From positions 12,267-76,266 of the forward strand of contig JAYKJE010000021.1 of the NCBI GenBank assembly GCA_035285805.1: 64,000 nt of DNA, read 5' to 3'. The notes beneath the pieces were generated by a model, which worked only from the letters and a program-made list of their open reading frames with translations, was not told the origin of the DNA and searched no databases. The translations under genes and the position numbers were made by a program. Positions 39,693 through 50,148 of the stretch are shown here, piece after piece. The DNA comes from a bacterium (GTDB lineage Bacteria; Cyanobacteriota; Sericytochromatia; S15B-MN24; UBA4093). How positions within the stretch are numbered: position 1 is the stretch's first letter; every line of letters begins with the position of its first letter.

Positions 39693-40559
39693 TTGGTCGT
39701 CGAGCACTCGGAACCGGGGTCCTGCTGGCAACTCGGATCCCGGGAGTTTCGCTGGGGAAGTCGCACCCACGTCATGGCCATCCTGAACGTGACGCCGGAT
39801 TCCTTCTCGGACGGTGGGCACTGGTCGCTCCCGGAGGCGGCCATCCGTCGCGCAAGGGCCTGCCTCGAGGAAGGGGCCGACCTGATCGATGTCGGGGGTG
39901 AGTCGACTCGCCCCGGAGCCGTTGCCGTCTCGCTCGAGGAAGAACTCGCCCGCATCCTTCCCGTCGTCCGGGCCCTCGTGACCGAACCCGGGATGGTCGT
40001 CTCGGTCGATACGAGCAAGTTCGAGGTGGCCGAGGCGGCGCTGGCAGCCGGGGCCCATCTGATCAATGACGTGACGGGCCTGCGAGAGCCCCGGATGCGG
40101 GAGGTGGTCGCTCGCCACGGGGCGGCGGCGATCGCGATGCACATGCAGGGCTCGCCCGGCACCATGCAGTCAGATCCGCGCTACTCGGAGGTCGTGACCG
40201 AGGTGCATGCCTTCCTGTTCGACCAGGCCAGACTCGCGCGAGAGTCGGGTATCGAGCGCGTCATGCTGGATCCCGGTATCGGCTTCGGCAAGTCGCTCGA
40301 GCATAACCTCGCGTTGCTCCGGGCACTCGGCTCGCTCCGCGACGCGGGGTACCCCGTGCTGCTCGGAGCTTCGCGCAAGCGGTTCATCGGGGACCTGCTG
40401 GACCTGCCCGTCTCCGAACGCCTCGAGGGAAGCCTCGCGGCGGTGGCCCACGGGGTGCAGCAAGGGGTGGATGTCGTGCGCGTGCACGATGTCCGGGAGA
40501 CCGTCCGGCTCGTGCGCGTCCTGGACGCCCTCGTCCGCGGCGGCGCGGCGGAGGCTTGA
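39693..40559 (+). CDS. folP: dihydropteroate synthase
   Basis: ILNVTPDSFSDGG and DVGGESTRPGA motifs. TTG start; an internal ATG at 39774 is also possible. Confidence 0.85.
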   Translation: MVVEHSEPGSCWQLGSREFRWGSRTHVMAILNVTPDSFSDGGHWSLPEAAIRRARACLEEGADLIDVGGESTRPGAVAVSLEEELARILPVVRALVTEPGMVVSVDTSKFEVAEAALAAGAHLINDVTGLREPRMREVVARHGAAAIAMHMQGSPGTMQSDPRYSEVVTEVHAFLFDQARLARESGIERVMLDPGIGFGKSLEHNLALLRALGSLRDAGYPVLLGASRKRFIGDLLDLPVSERLEGSLAAVAHGVQQGVDVVRVHDVRETVRLVRVLDALVRGGAAEA

Positions 40560-40927
40560 ACGTGGATCGCATCGAGGTGACCGGTATCGAGGCGTACGGC
40601 TATCACGGGGTTTTTCCGGAAGAGCGTCGGCTCGGCCAGACCCTGGTGGTGGATCTCGAACTGGAGCTCGATCTGGGGCCTGCGGGCCGCAGCGACCGGG
40701 TGGAAGACACCGTCGATTACGGCGCTCTGGTCCGGTTGACGCGTGATTGCGTGGCAACCACGGATCATCGGCTCCTGGAGGCACTTGCAGAGAACCTGGC
40801 AAGGCTTATTCTGGAGATGGAACGCGTCCAGCGGGTCCATGTGCGGATCGCGAAACCGCGTGCCCCGATCCCCGACTTCCCGGGGACCGTCGCCATCCGC
40901 CTCTCGCGGAGCAAGGAGGGACCGTGA
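40556..40927 (+). CDS. folB: dihydroneopterin aldolase
   Basis: IEVTGIEAYGYHGVFPEE signature. The start is TTG 40556 or GTG 40562, overlapping the folP stop. Confidence 0.8.
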   Translation: MNVDRIEVTGIEAYGYHGVFPEERRLGQTLVVDLELELDLGPAGRSDRVEDTVDYGALVRLTRDCVATTDHRLLEALAENLARLILEMERVQRVHVRIAKPRAPIPDFPGTVAIRLSRSKEGP

Positions 40928-41436
40928 TCAGCGTCTTCCTCGGTCTCGGGTCGAACATCGGCGATCGCCTGGAGTACCTGCGTCGGGCCCTCGAACGCCT
41001 CGAGAAGCACCCCCGCATCCGGCTGGTGGCGGTTTCCCGATGTTACGAGACGGCGCCGCTCGAGTATCCCGACCAGCCCTGGTTCCTGAATGCCGTCGCC
41101 CGCATCGAGACGGAGCTCGCCCCCATGGAGCTCCTCGATACGCTTCAGGGGATCGAACATGACCTCCAGCGCCAGCGCACGATTCGCTGGGGACCGCGGA
41201 CCATCGATCTCGACATCCTGCTCTACGGGGATGAACTGGTGGCGGAGACCCGGTTGCAAGTGCCCCACATCCGGATGCATGATCGTGCGTTCGTGCTGGT
41301 TCCCCTCGCCGAGATCGCTCCGGACCTCGTGCATCCCATCCTGGGGACCACGATGGCCGAATTGCGGGACGAGGTCGGGAAACCCACCGCGGTGAAGGTC
41401 CATGCCGGGGGCGAACTGAGCGGCTCGACTCGCTGA
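40924..41436 (+). CDS. folK: 6-hydroxymethyl-7,8-dihydropterin pyrophosphokinase (HPPK)
   Basis: VFLGLGSNIGDR...RWGPRTIDLDILLYG. The GTG start overlaps the folB stop (GTGA). Confidence 0.85.
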   Translation: MISVFLGLGSNIGDRLEYLRRALERLEKHPRIRLVAVSRCYETAPLEYPDQPWFLNAVARIETELAPMELLDTLQGIEHDLQRQRTIRWGPRTIDLDILLYGDELVAETRLQVPHIRMHDRAFVLVPLAEIAPDLVHPILGTTMAELRDEVGKPTAVKVHAGGELSGSTR

Positions 41437-41440
41437 TCGG

Positions 41441-42391
41441 TCAGCCCAGGACTGCCCCGGGGACCAGCTTCCGGAGGCCCCGCGCCGCCTCGCTCGCACT
41501 CTGGACTTTCTTGCCGGGTATCTGGACCTGCTCCACGCGCACCACGTGACCATCACCGGTCGCGATGATCCAGCCTCCGGGGGAGATGTCGACCACGGTG
41601 CCCGGCGCCAGGTCCGTGGTCCCCGGGACCGTGTGGGTCCGGACGACCTTGAGAAGCTGACCCTCGAAGGTACAGGTGGCTCCAGGCCAGGGCTGGAACG
41701 CCCTCACGCGATCGTGAACGTTCCGTGCCGGGCGGGACCAGTCGATGACGGCGTCTTCCCGGCGCAGGATGGGCGCCAGGGTCGCCCGAGAATCGTCCTG
41801 GGGGCGAGCCTCCAGCTCCCCTGCGGTCCAGGCAGGTAACCGGTCCACGAGCAGCTGGCTGCCCAGGTCCGCGAGGCGTTCGGCCAGGTCCTGGCCGGTC
41901 TCGTCGGGATCGATGGGCGTGCGCGCTATCGCGAGCGCCGGGCCCGTATCGAGGCCCTCGTCCATCTTCATGAGGGTGACGCCGGTCTCGGTCTCGCCGC
42001 AGGCGATCGCCCACTGGATGGGGGCCGCTCCCCGGTAAGCCGGCAAGATCGAGGCATGCACGTTGAGGCAGCCGAGCGGCGGAATCTCGAGGATTTCCCG
42101 GGGCAAGATCTGACCGAAGGCGACGACCACGACCAGGTCGGGTTTCCAGCTGACGAGGATGTCCCGGGCCTCGGGTTCACGCCGCAGCCGGCCGGGCTGG
42201 TGAACCGGAATCCCGTGGGCCTGCGCGAGGGCCTTCACGGGCGGCGGGGTCAGGGTCTGGGCCCGACCCACCGGACGGTCCGGCTGCGACATGACACCGA
42301 CGACCGGATATCCGGCTTCCAGGAGCGCGCGGAGGGGACCCACGGCGAAGGCCGGGGTCCCCATGTAGACGACGCGAGGAAGGGAGCTCAC
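41441..42391 (-). CDS. fmt: methionyl-tRNA formyltransferase
   Basis: VYMGTPAFAV, HASILPAYRGAAPIQWAI and SLW-family motifs. Confidence 0.9.
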   Translation of the reverse strand: MSSLPRVVYMGTPAFAVGPLRALLEAGYPVVGVMSQPDRPVGRAQTLTPPPVKALAQAHGIPVHQPGRLRREPEARDILVSWKPDLVVVVAFGQILPREILEIPPLGCLNVHASILPAYRGAAPIQWAIACGETETGVTLMKMDEGLDTGPALAIARTPIDPDETGQDLAERLADLGSQLLVDRLPAWTAGELEARPQDDSRATLAPILRREDAVIDWSRPARNVHDRVRAFQPWPGATCTFEGQLLKVVRTHTVPGTTDLAPGTVVDISPGGWIIATGDGHVVRVEQVQIPGKKVQSASEAARGLRKLVPGAVLG

Positions 42392-42588
42392 GCCCTCGGT
42401 TCGGATGAAGGCGCCTGGAAGGCCTTCATGAGATTCTTGAGGATGCTCGCCTTCTCTTCGGGAGCGATCGTCGAAACCCGCACGCGGGGACGATCGAGCA
42501 CGGCATCCACGTGGGCGGAGAGGTCCGTCGTGGCCGTGCGGGCCAGCAACTCACGGTAGAGGGCGGGACGTTCAGGAGCGATGTTCAT
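42388..42588 (-). CDS. small hypothetical protein (66 aa)
   Basis: Its ATG overlaps the stop of the upstream 52-aa ORF (ATGA), and its stop overlaps the fmt start (ATGA). I recognise no family. Confidence 0.4.
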   Translation of the reverse strand: MNIAPERPALYRELLARTATTDLSAHVDAVLDRPRVRVSTIAPEEKASILKNLMKAFQAPSSEPRA

Positions 42589-42743
42589 GCGGATACCGTC
42601 CGTTCGAGGAAAGCGGGTGTGACTTCTTCGCGAATCACACGCTCGACGTGAGCTCGGTAGGCCTGGAGCCGATCCAGCAGATCGGGGCGAGCCTCCCGGG
42701 CTATCAGGGAATCGATGGCTTGCAGGTAATGGGTGAGGGTCAT
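42585..42743 (-). CDS. small hypothetical protein (52 aa)
   Basis: An AGGAAGGA ribosome-binding site lies 5 nt upstream of the ATG. It is below the ORF-track cutoff. It is translationally coupled to the following 66-aa ORF. Confidence 0.4.
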   Translation of the reverse strand: MTLTHYLQAIDSLIAREARPDLLDRLQAYRAHVERVIREEVTPAFLERTVSA

Positions 42744-42830
42744 GGGCTTGGTCCTTCCTGGAAGTCGTCGACCGTTCCTGCAGCAGTTGTCGCCCGACTT
42801 TCCGGGATCTTGCCGGCTGTTAATTGAACT

Positions 42831-43391
42831 TTAACTCTGAAACGGATACACCTGTCCGTCGTCCTCGAAGGCCTTGTAACCCCGGGCATAGCCGGCATAT
42901 CCCTCGGCCGTCGCGGCGATCCCGGTGCGCAACCGGTCGTCCACCGGTTTGATCACCTTCGCGGGGACGCCCAGGACCAGCGACCCGGGGGGGACGATCA
43001 TCCCCTCCGGGACGACGGCACCTGCGCCGACCACGGATCCTCGACCGATCACGGCACCGTTGAGCACGGTGGCGCGCATCGCGATGAGACAGTCGTCCTC
43101 GACGGTGGCTCCATGCACGATGGCCCCGTGTCCGAGGCTCACCCGATCCCCGAGCGTGCACGGGTGCCTGGCTCCGACGTGGAGGATGCAGCCGTCCTGG
43201 ACATTCGTGTGCTTGCCGATGGTCACGGGGGCGATGTCGCCCCGGACGACGCAGCCGAACCAGATGCTGGAGCCTTCACCGACGATGACCGACCCGACGA
43301 CCACGGCCCCCGGAGCGATCCAGGCCCCGGGATCGATCTCGAGACGGTTGATCAGCTTGAAATTCCGGGCAAGTTCGAGATCTTCGGTCAC
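42831..43391 (-). CDS. gamma-class carbonic anhydrase-like hexapeptide-repeat protein
   Basis: Left-handed beta-helix repeats with a His pattern typical of the gamma-CA/YrdA family. Confidence 0.85.
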   Translation of the reverse strand: MTEDLELARNFKLINRLEIDPGAWIAPGAVVVGSVIVGEGSSIWFGCVVRGDIAPVTIGKHTNVQDGCILHVGARHPCTLGDRVSLGHGAIVHGATVEDDCLIAMRATVLNGAVIGRGSVVGAGAVVPEGMIVPPGSLVLGVPAKVIKPVDDRLRTGIAATAEGYAGYARGYKAFEDDGQVYPFQS

Positions 43392-43419
43392 GGGACACCT
43401 TCACGTGTGACGGATGACG

Positions 43420-44289
43420 TCATGATACCGGATCGGGATCTCCGCCGGTAGAGGGAGGCGCGGGCGGGGCATCCGACGCGGGACGGAGGCGGGTTCCCAC
43501 TTGCGTGGTGACGAGCCGGCGGAGTCCCCGCGTCACCATGACGAGCGGTGGACGGAAACAGACGAGCAGAAAAACGAACCGAGCCGCGTGTTCGAGGGCA
43601 CGCCGCAGCGGGTCGTCCCGGAATCCGAGCCCGGATAGGACACGCCGTTTCTCCTGGTGTCCGCGTGTCACCTGCCGGTAGCTGAGGGCCTGCGCGTGCA
43701 ACCGGAATCTCACCAGGATGCGGCCGAGATGTCGGACCTCGAGCCCCTTGAAGCGCGAGAAGAACTCGAAATCGGCCCCCATCCGGTAGGACGTGTCGAA
43801 GAATCCCAGGCGCTCATGCAGGGACCGGCGCCAGAAGACGGCCGGCGTGACGAGGCTCGACGCTCCCATCGAGACGTACCGCCGCCAGCTGTAGGGCAAA
43901 CCGCGATAGGTGTAGGCGGGGATGTCGTGTTCGTCGACGAACACGGCATCCCCGAAAACGACATCGGCTCCGGGATGTTTCGCGAAGAGCTCCACCACTG
44001 CGGCGATCGCCCCGGGTTCATAGGCATCGTCGGTGTTGAGGGTCGCGACGATCGCGCCACGCGCGCGCTCCAGGCCACGATTCAAGGCATCGTACATCCC
44101 CTCGTCCGGGGCGCTGTGAAACACGACGTGGGGATACCGGGCCACCAGCGCCGCGGTGTCGTCCGTTGAAGCCCCGTCCATGATGATGTGCTCGATGGGA
44201 GCATAGGTCTGTGCCTGGACGGACCGGATACAAGCTTCGAGATAGCGGGCGCCGTTGAAGCTCGGGGTCACGATGGTGACGAGCGGCAT
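43420..44289 (-). CDS. glycosyltransferase family 2
   Basis: VTIVTPSFNGARYLEACIRSV...MDGASTDDT GT-A fold motifs. I chose the internal ATG. Confidence 0.75.
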   Translation of the reverse strand: MPLVTIVTPSFNGARYLEACIRSVQAQTYAPIEHIIMDGASTDDTAALVARYPHVVFHSAPDEGMYDALNRGLERARGAIVATLNTDDAYEPGAIAAVVELFAKHPGADVVFGDAVFVDEHDIPAYTYRGLPYSWRRYVSMGASSLVTPAVFWRRSLHERLGFFDTSYRMGADFEFFSRFKGLEVRHLGRILVRFRLHAQALSYRQVTRGHQEKRRVLSGLGFRDDPLRRALEHAARFVFLLVCFRPPLVMVTRGLRRLVTTQVGTRLRPASDAPPAPPSTGGDPDPVS

Positions 44290-44339
44290 GTCCTTGGACG
44301 AGGGTCCGGGGGGCCCCCCGCCGGGGGCATGTCGCGTGG

Positions 44340-44948
44340 TCACGACAGCTGGCGCACGACCCCGACCACCTTGCCCTGGATCGTCACGCGGTCCACGACG
44401 ATGGGGGCCATCGTCGCATTGGCAGGCTGGAGGCGAAATCGGCCATTTTCGCGGAACAGGCGCTTCAGGGTGGCCTCTCCGTCATCGAGCAGGGCTACCA
44501 CGATTTCTCCGTCGCGGGCATGGTCCTGACGCCGGACGATCACGAGATCTCCCGGCAGGATGGCGTCGTCGATCATGCTGGTGCCCCGGACCATCAGGAC
44601 GTAATGATCCTGCTGCGACCACATGTCGTCGAGGATCACGCTCTCCTGGTCGTCGGCGACCGCCTGGATGGGCAGCCCTGCCGCGATCCGACCGGCGAGG
44701 GGAAGGCCCCGGGCAGGCGGTTCGGATTCGCGCTGGACGATCTGGATCGCACGATTCTTCCCGCGATCCCAGCGGATGTGACCGTGATCGGCCAGGGCTT
44801 TCAGATGATAGTGAATGGTCGAGGTCGAGTGAACGCCCAGCGCCTCCCCGAGCTCTCGGATGCTCGGCACGAGACCGGTTCGCTGGACGTGCGACCGGAG
44901 CGTGTCGAGGAGTTGCTGCTGGCGTTCGGAGAGTCCCTTCTCGGACAT
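44340..44948 (-). CDS. lexA: LexA repressor
   Basis: N-terminal winged HTH, an AG cleavage site, and S24 peptidase Ser/Lys (GTSM...KRL). Confidence 0.9.
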   Translation of the reverse strand: MSEKGLSERQQQLLDTLRSHVQRTGLVPSIRELGEALGVHSTSTIHYHLKALADHGHIRWDRGKNRAIQIVQRESEPPARGLPLAGRIAAGLPIQAVADDQESVILDDMWSQQDHYVLMVRGTSMIDDAILPGDLVIVRRQDHARDGEIVVALLDDGEATLKRLFRENGRFRLQPANATMAPIVVDRVTIQGKVVGVVRQLS

Positions 44949-44967
44949 GCTGACCTCGTCGAGAATG

Positions 44968-44981
44968 AGAACGGATGTTCG
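44968..44981. promoter_or_regulatory. putative LexA (SOS) box
   Basis: AGAACGGATGTTCG is a GAAC-N4-GTTC palindrome 20 nt upstream of the lexA ATG. Confidence 0.55.
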
Positions 44982-45066
44982 ATAAAGTGTATCACTGGCG
45001 ACTCCTCCGGGTCAAGGTCCGTTCCTGGCTTGCTTCCCGCGAAAGGGAGGAGTAAACTTGCATTTG

Positions 45067-45093
45067 TTAGCACTCGCGTGCTGTGAGTGCTAA
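45067..45093. promoter_or_regulatory. CIRCE element (HrcA operator) upstream of groES
   Basis: TTAGCACTC-N9-GAGTGCTAA is a perfect match to the consensus. Confidence 0.85.
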
Positions 45094-45142
45094 AGGTGTG
45101 TCACCTACCGCCTCACCGGCGGACGCATCAGGGAGAACCCGC

Positions 45143-45445
45143 ATGTCTACCACCACCGCTCAGCAGATCCGCCCCCTGGGCGATCGGGTCGTCGTCAAGG
45201 TCGTCAAGGAAGAAAAGACGGCTGGCGGCATCCTGCTGCCGGATTCGGCCCAGGAGAAGCCCCAGTTCGGCGAAGTCATCGCCGTGGGTCCCGGCCGCAT
45301 CCTCGACAGCGGCGAGCGCACGAAGCTCGACGTCGCCAAGGGTGACAAGGTCCTCTTCGCCAAGTACGGCGGCACCGAGATCAAGCTCGATGGCGAGGCC
45401 CTCCTCGTCATTTCCGAGAAGGATATCCTCGGCGTCATCGCCTAG
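45143..45445 (+). CDS. groES: co-chaperonin GroES
   Basis: [11 protein letters not shown]...[16 protein letters not shown] signature. Confidence 0.9.
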   Translation: MSTTTAQQIRPLGDRVVVKVVKEEKTAGGILLPDSAQEKPQFGEVIAVGPGRILDSGERTKLDVAKGDKVLFAKYGGTEIKLDGEALLVISEKDILGVIA

Positions 45446-47116
<1,671 letters not shown>

Positions 47117-47145
47117 GCACGCGGCCTCCCCTCCGGGGACCGTGC

Positions 47146-47186
47146 AGCCCCCCCGACCCGCCGTGGTCGGGGGGGCTCCTTTTTCG
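47146..47186 (+). terminator. rho-independent terminator after groEL
   Basis: CCCCCCCGACC...GGTCGGGGGGG stem followed by CTCCTTTTT. Confidence 0.7.
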
Positions 47187-47449
47187 ACGTGGGATGGGCC
47201 GTGGCGACACGTTCGCGGCGTGGTTCCGCTTCACCGGCGGGGCGAGCATGCCCGAGACCAGGCCCGTCCGCTGTCTTGTGTTTTGTTCTTGTTAAGTTTT
47301 TTACACGCTTTCCCGTGCGAAGCGCCTCTCCGGGTTGTGCACGTTAAACGTTCATCAAGCAGCCACATGGCTGTGATGATCGACACCGTTACCGTGCTAA
47401 CATGAGTCAGTCACCCGTTGGCTCACCCATCGACAGGAGGGAGAACGGC

Positions 47450-47569
47450 ATGTTCAACGACGAACGGACGGTCCAGGGGACCGTGATGACCGCTTACATG
47501 ATGGATCCGTTCGAGGATGATGACTTCGGCCCAGAGCAGGTCTTCGATTTCGACGATCCGCTGTACTAG
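47450..47569 (+). CDS. small acidic hypothetical peptide (39 aa)
   Basis: MFNDERTVQGTVMTAYMMDPFEDDDFGPEQVFDFDDPLY. An AGGAGGGAG ribosome-binding site lies 7 nt upstream. It has its own AT-rich upstream region and a downstream terminator. It is below the ORF-track cutoff. Confidence 0.35.
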   Translation: MFNDERTVQGTVMTAYMMDPFEDDDFGPEQVFDFDDPLY

Positions 47570-47637
47570 AGCATTCTCGGTTTCCAAGACCCACCCTGAC
47601 GCCTCCAGGTATCGGGCTGGTCTCGCAAGCCGAACGG

Positions 47638-47672
47638 AAGGCCGCCCTCCCAGGAGGGCGGCCTGATTTTCT
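47638..47672 (+). terminator. rho-independent terminator
   Basis: AAGGCCGCCCTCC-cagg-AGGGCGGCCT followed by GATTTTCT. Confidence 0.6.
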
Positions 47673-47719
47673 GGACGGTTTTCTCGTGTCAGGGTCCAGG
47701 TGTCCGGATCACCGGGCGG

Positions 47720-48937
47720 TCAGACCGTCAGCACGCGCGCGATCCGCTCGATCGCCCAGTCGAGATCCTCGCGCGAGATCACGAGCGGTGGAGCCAGCCG
47801 GATCACCGTGTCGTGGGTCTCTTTGCAGAGCAGTCCCTCTGCCTTGAGCGCCTCACACGTGGCCCGCGCCGGTTTCACCAGTTCGATACCGACGAGCAGT
47901 CCGCGCCCGCGGACCTCCCGGACCAGTGGACTCCGGATCTGTCTCAAGCTGTCAATGAGGTGCTCACCGAGTTCGGCGGCCCTTTCGACCAGTCCCTCGT
48001 CACGCAGCACTCCGAGGGCCGCCCGGGCCACGGCTGCCCCCAGCGGATTGCCCCCGAACGTGCTGCCATGCTGTCCGGGGTGGAAGACCGCCATCACCTC
48101 ATCATCGGCCAGCATCGCCGAGACCGGATAGAACCCCCCGGACAGCGCCTTGCCGAGCACGACGACGTCCGGTCGGATGCCCTCGTGCTGGTGGGCGAAC
48201 CAGCGCCCCGTCCGCCCGAGGCCCGTCTGGATCTCGTCGGCCATGAACAGGACGCGGTTTCGCTTGCAGAGTTCCGCCGCACCGGCCAGGTACCCGTCAG
48301 GCGGAAGCAAGATCCCCGCCTCGGCCTGGATGGGTTCTACCAGGAAGGCACACGTGTCGGCTGTGATGGCCGCCTCGAGGGCAGCCAGATCCCCGAAGGG
48401 GACGATCCGGAAACCGGGGGTGAAGGGGCCGAATCCCTCACGGTAGCCGGGCTCCGTGGAGAAACTCACGATCGTCGTCGTGCGGCCGTGGAAGTTGTTC
48501 GCGCACACGATGATCTCGGCGCGGTCGGTGGGGATTCCCTTGACCGTGTATCCCCACTTCCGGGCGGCCTTGAGGGCCGTCTCGATGGCCTCGGCACCCG
48601 AGTTCATCGGCAACACGCGGGCGTAACCCGTCAGCTCCGACAGTTCGCGGTACAGCCAGGGTAACTGCTCGTTCCGGAAGGCTCTCGAGGTGATCGTCAC
48701 GCGGTGGGCCTGTTCCACCAGAGCCTGGAGGATCTTCGGATGAGCGTGCCCCTGATTGACCGAGGAGTAGGCACTCAGGCAATCCAGATAGCGCTTGCCC
48801 TCGACGTCCGTGACCCAGGCACCCTCACCGCGGTCGATCACGACATCCAGAGGGTGATAGTTGTGCGCTCCGAACCGCTCCTCGAGGTCGATGAGTTCGG
48901 CGGTTCGGGTTCCCGTGAGCGGCGCCCCATCGCGCAT
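47720..48937 (-). CDS. rocD: ornithine--oxo-acid aminotransferase
   Basis: Class III PLP aminotransferase with an OAT-like N-terminus ([16 protein letters not shown]) and a PLP lysine region ([10 protein letters not shown]). Confidence 0.85.
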   Translation of the reverse strand: MRDGAPLTGTRTAELIDLEERFGAHNYHPLDVVIDRGEGAWVTDVEGKRYLDCLSAYSSVNQGHAHPKILQALVEQAHRVTITSRAFRNEQLPWLYRELSELTGYARVLPMNSGAEAIETALKAARKWGYTVKGIPTDRAEIIVCANNFHGRTTTIVSFSTEPGYREGFGPFTPGFRIVPFGDLAALEAAITADTCAFLVEPIQAEAGILLPPDGYLAGAAELCKRNRVLFMADEIQTGLGRTGRWFAHQHEGIRPDVVVLGKALSGGFYPVSAMLADDEVMAVFHPGQHGSTFGGNPLGAAVARAALGVLRDEGLVERAAELGEHLIDSLRQIRSPLVREVRGRGLLVGIELVKPARATCEALKAEGLLCKETHDTVIRLAPPLVISREDLDWAIERIARVLTV

Positions 48938-49020
48938 CGCCAGGTCCTTTCTGCGTGGCCCGGACCGTGGTCCCGGGCGTTTCGGTCATCCGTCCAGCTT
49001 ACCCGGAGGGCGGATGCGGC

Positions 49021-49524
49021 TCAAGGTGCCGGGTAACGCCGCACGGGCAGCTTGCGCGCGAGCCGCGAGCCGTCCGAGAACTGAAACACGACATCCACCT
49101 GGTCGCCCGCGATCAGCGGTCGGCGCGGTTCGTACAGCATCCAGTGCCATTCACCCGGTTCCAGCTTCACCTGGCCCCGGGCAGGCACCTCGAGCCGCGG
49201 CACGGCCTTCATGCGCATCATCGATCCCTCTCGGCTCATCGCGTGCGTCTCGATCCGGCCGAAGGCGGGTGATTCGAGCTTGATCAGGGCTCCGGGACGA
49301 TCCGGGAGGCCGTGAATCGTGCCGTAGGCTGCCAGCACCCTGGATCCGGGCGGGGCCTCGCGGACCCAGGGATCGTCGATTCTCCAGCGGGCCGCACCCG
49401 ACGCGGGGGGCTTCGCCTCGGCGGGCCAGGTCCCGGCCATGGCCCATGCCACGCTCGTGACCATCAGTCCCGTGAGCACGGGGTTCGACCGGGGGCACCC
49501 CCCTCGCGGTCCGGAGGTTTTCAT
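49021..49524 (-). CDS. periplasmic copper chaperone PCu(A)C (DUF461)
   Basis: H..M..MM.M copper motif (ETHAMSREGSMMRMK). Signal peptide present. Its ATG overlaps the sco1 stop (ATGA). Confidence 0.75.
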   Translation of the reverse strand: MKTSGPRGGCPRSNPVLTGLMVTSVAWAMAGTWPAEAKPPASGAARWRIDDPWVREAPPGSRVLAAYGTIHGLPDRPGALIKLESPAFGRIETHAMSREGSMMRMKAVPRLEVPARGQVKLEPGEWHWMLYEPRRPLIAGDQVDVVFQFSDGSRLARKLPVRRYPAP

Positions 49525-50081
49525 CGGGACGGCAGCTCCAGGTATCGGCGCAGGACGCCCGGGGGCAAAGGCAACAGGAAGCGGGTCTTCAAGACGCCAC
49601 GGGGGTTCACCAGGAAGAAATCGAGCGTGTGGTCGATCCGCCGAGAACCCTTCTCGATCACCTCGCGGTGCGTCGCACCGAAGTGTCGCTCGAGGCGGCC
49701 GAGGGCATCCACGCCCGGTACCAGGGCCGTGAACGTGGGATCGAAGTAACGCACGTAGCTCCCGAGATCGTCGGGTCGGTCATGGTCCGGATCGAGCGTC
49801 ACGAGGGCGACCTGCACCCGGTCGCGAGCCGGGCCCAGACGCTTCAGCTCGGCAGAGAGGTCGGCCAGGCCCGTCGGACAGGCATCCGGACATCCGGTGT
49901 AGCCGAAGTAGACCACGAGCCACTTCCCGCGGAAGGACGAGAGCTTGACGGTCCGTCCGCCGGGCGCTGCGAGCAAGACCTCTGGCACGACCCGCGGTTG
50001 TCGTAACCAGATCCCGAGCCCGAGGGTGGAGGTGAAGAGCAGGGCCACGCCGGCAGCGGCCAGGGCCCAGGTCCGAGTCAT
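49521..50081 (-). CDS. SCO1/SenC family copper chaperone
   Basis: Thioredoxin-like CPDACP motif and an N-terminal membrane anchor. Confidence 0.85.
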   Translation of the reverse strand: MTRTWALAAAGVALLFTSTLGLGIWLRQPRVVPEVLLAAPGGRTVKLSSFRGKWLVVYFGYTGCPDACPTGLADLSAELKRLGPARDRVQVALVTLDPDHDRPDDLGSYVRYFDPTFTALVPGVDALGRLERHFGATHREVIEKGSRRIDHTLDFFLVNPRGVLKTRFLLPLPPGVLRRYLELPSR

Positions 50082-50148
50082 CGTCGTGTGGTCTCCTTGA
50101 CCCGCATGGTAGGCCTTTCGACCTCATTTCGCCAGTCGCGGTGGCCGG

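Noticed and set aside
48938-49020. Imperfect hairpin CCCGGACC-gtg-GGTCCCGGG with a T-rich tail in the rocD upstream region
   Set aside because: It is oriented as a + strand terminator, but no + strand gene ends there. The stem is imperfect. It is probably incidental secondary structure in a promoter region.
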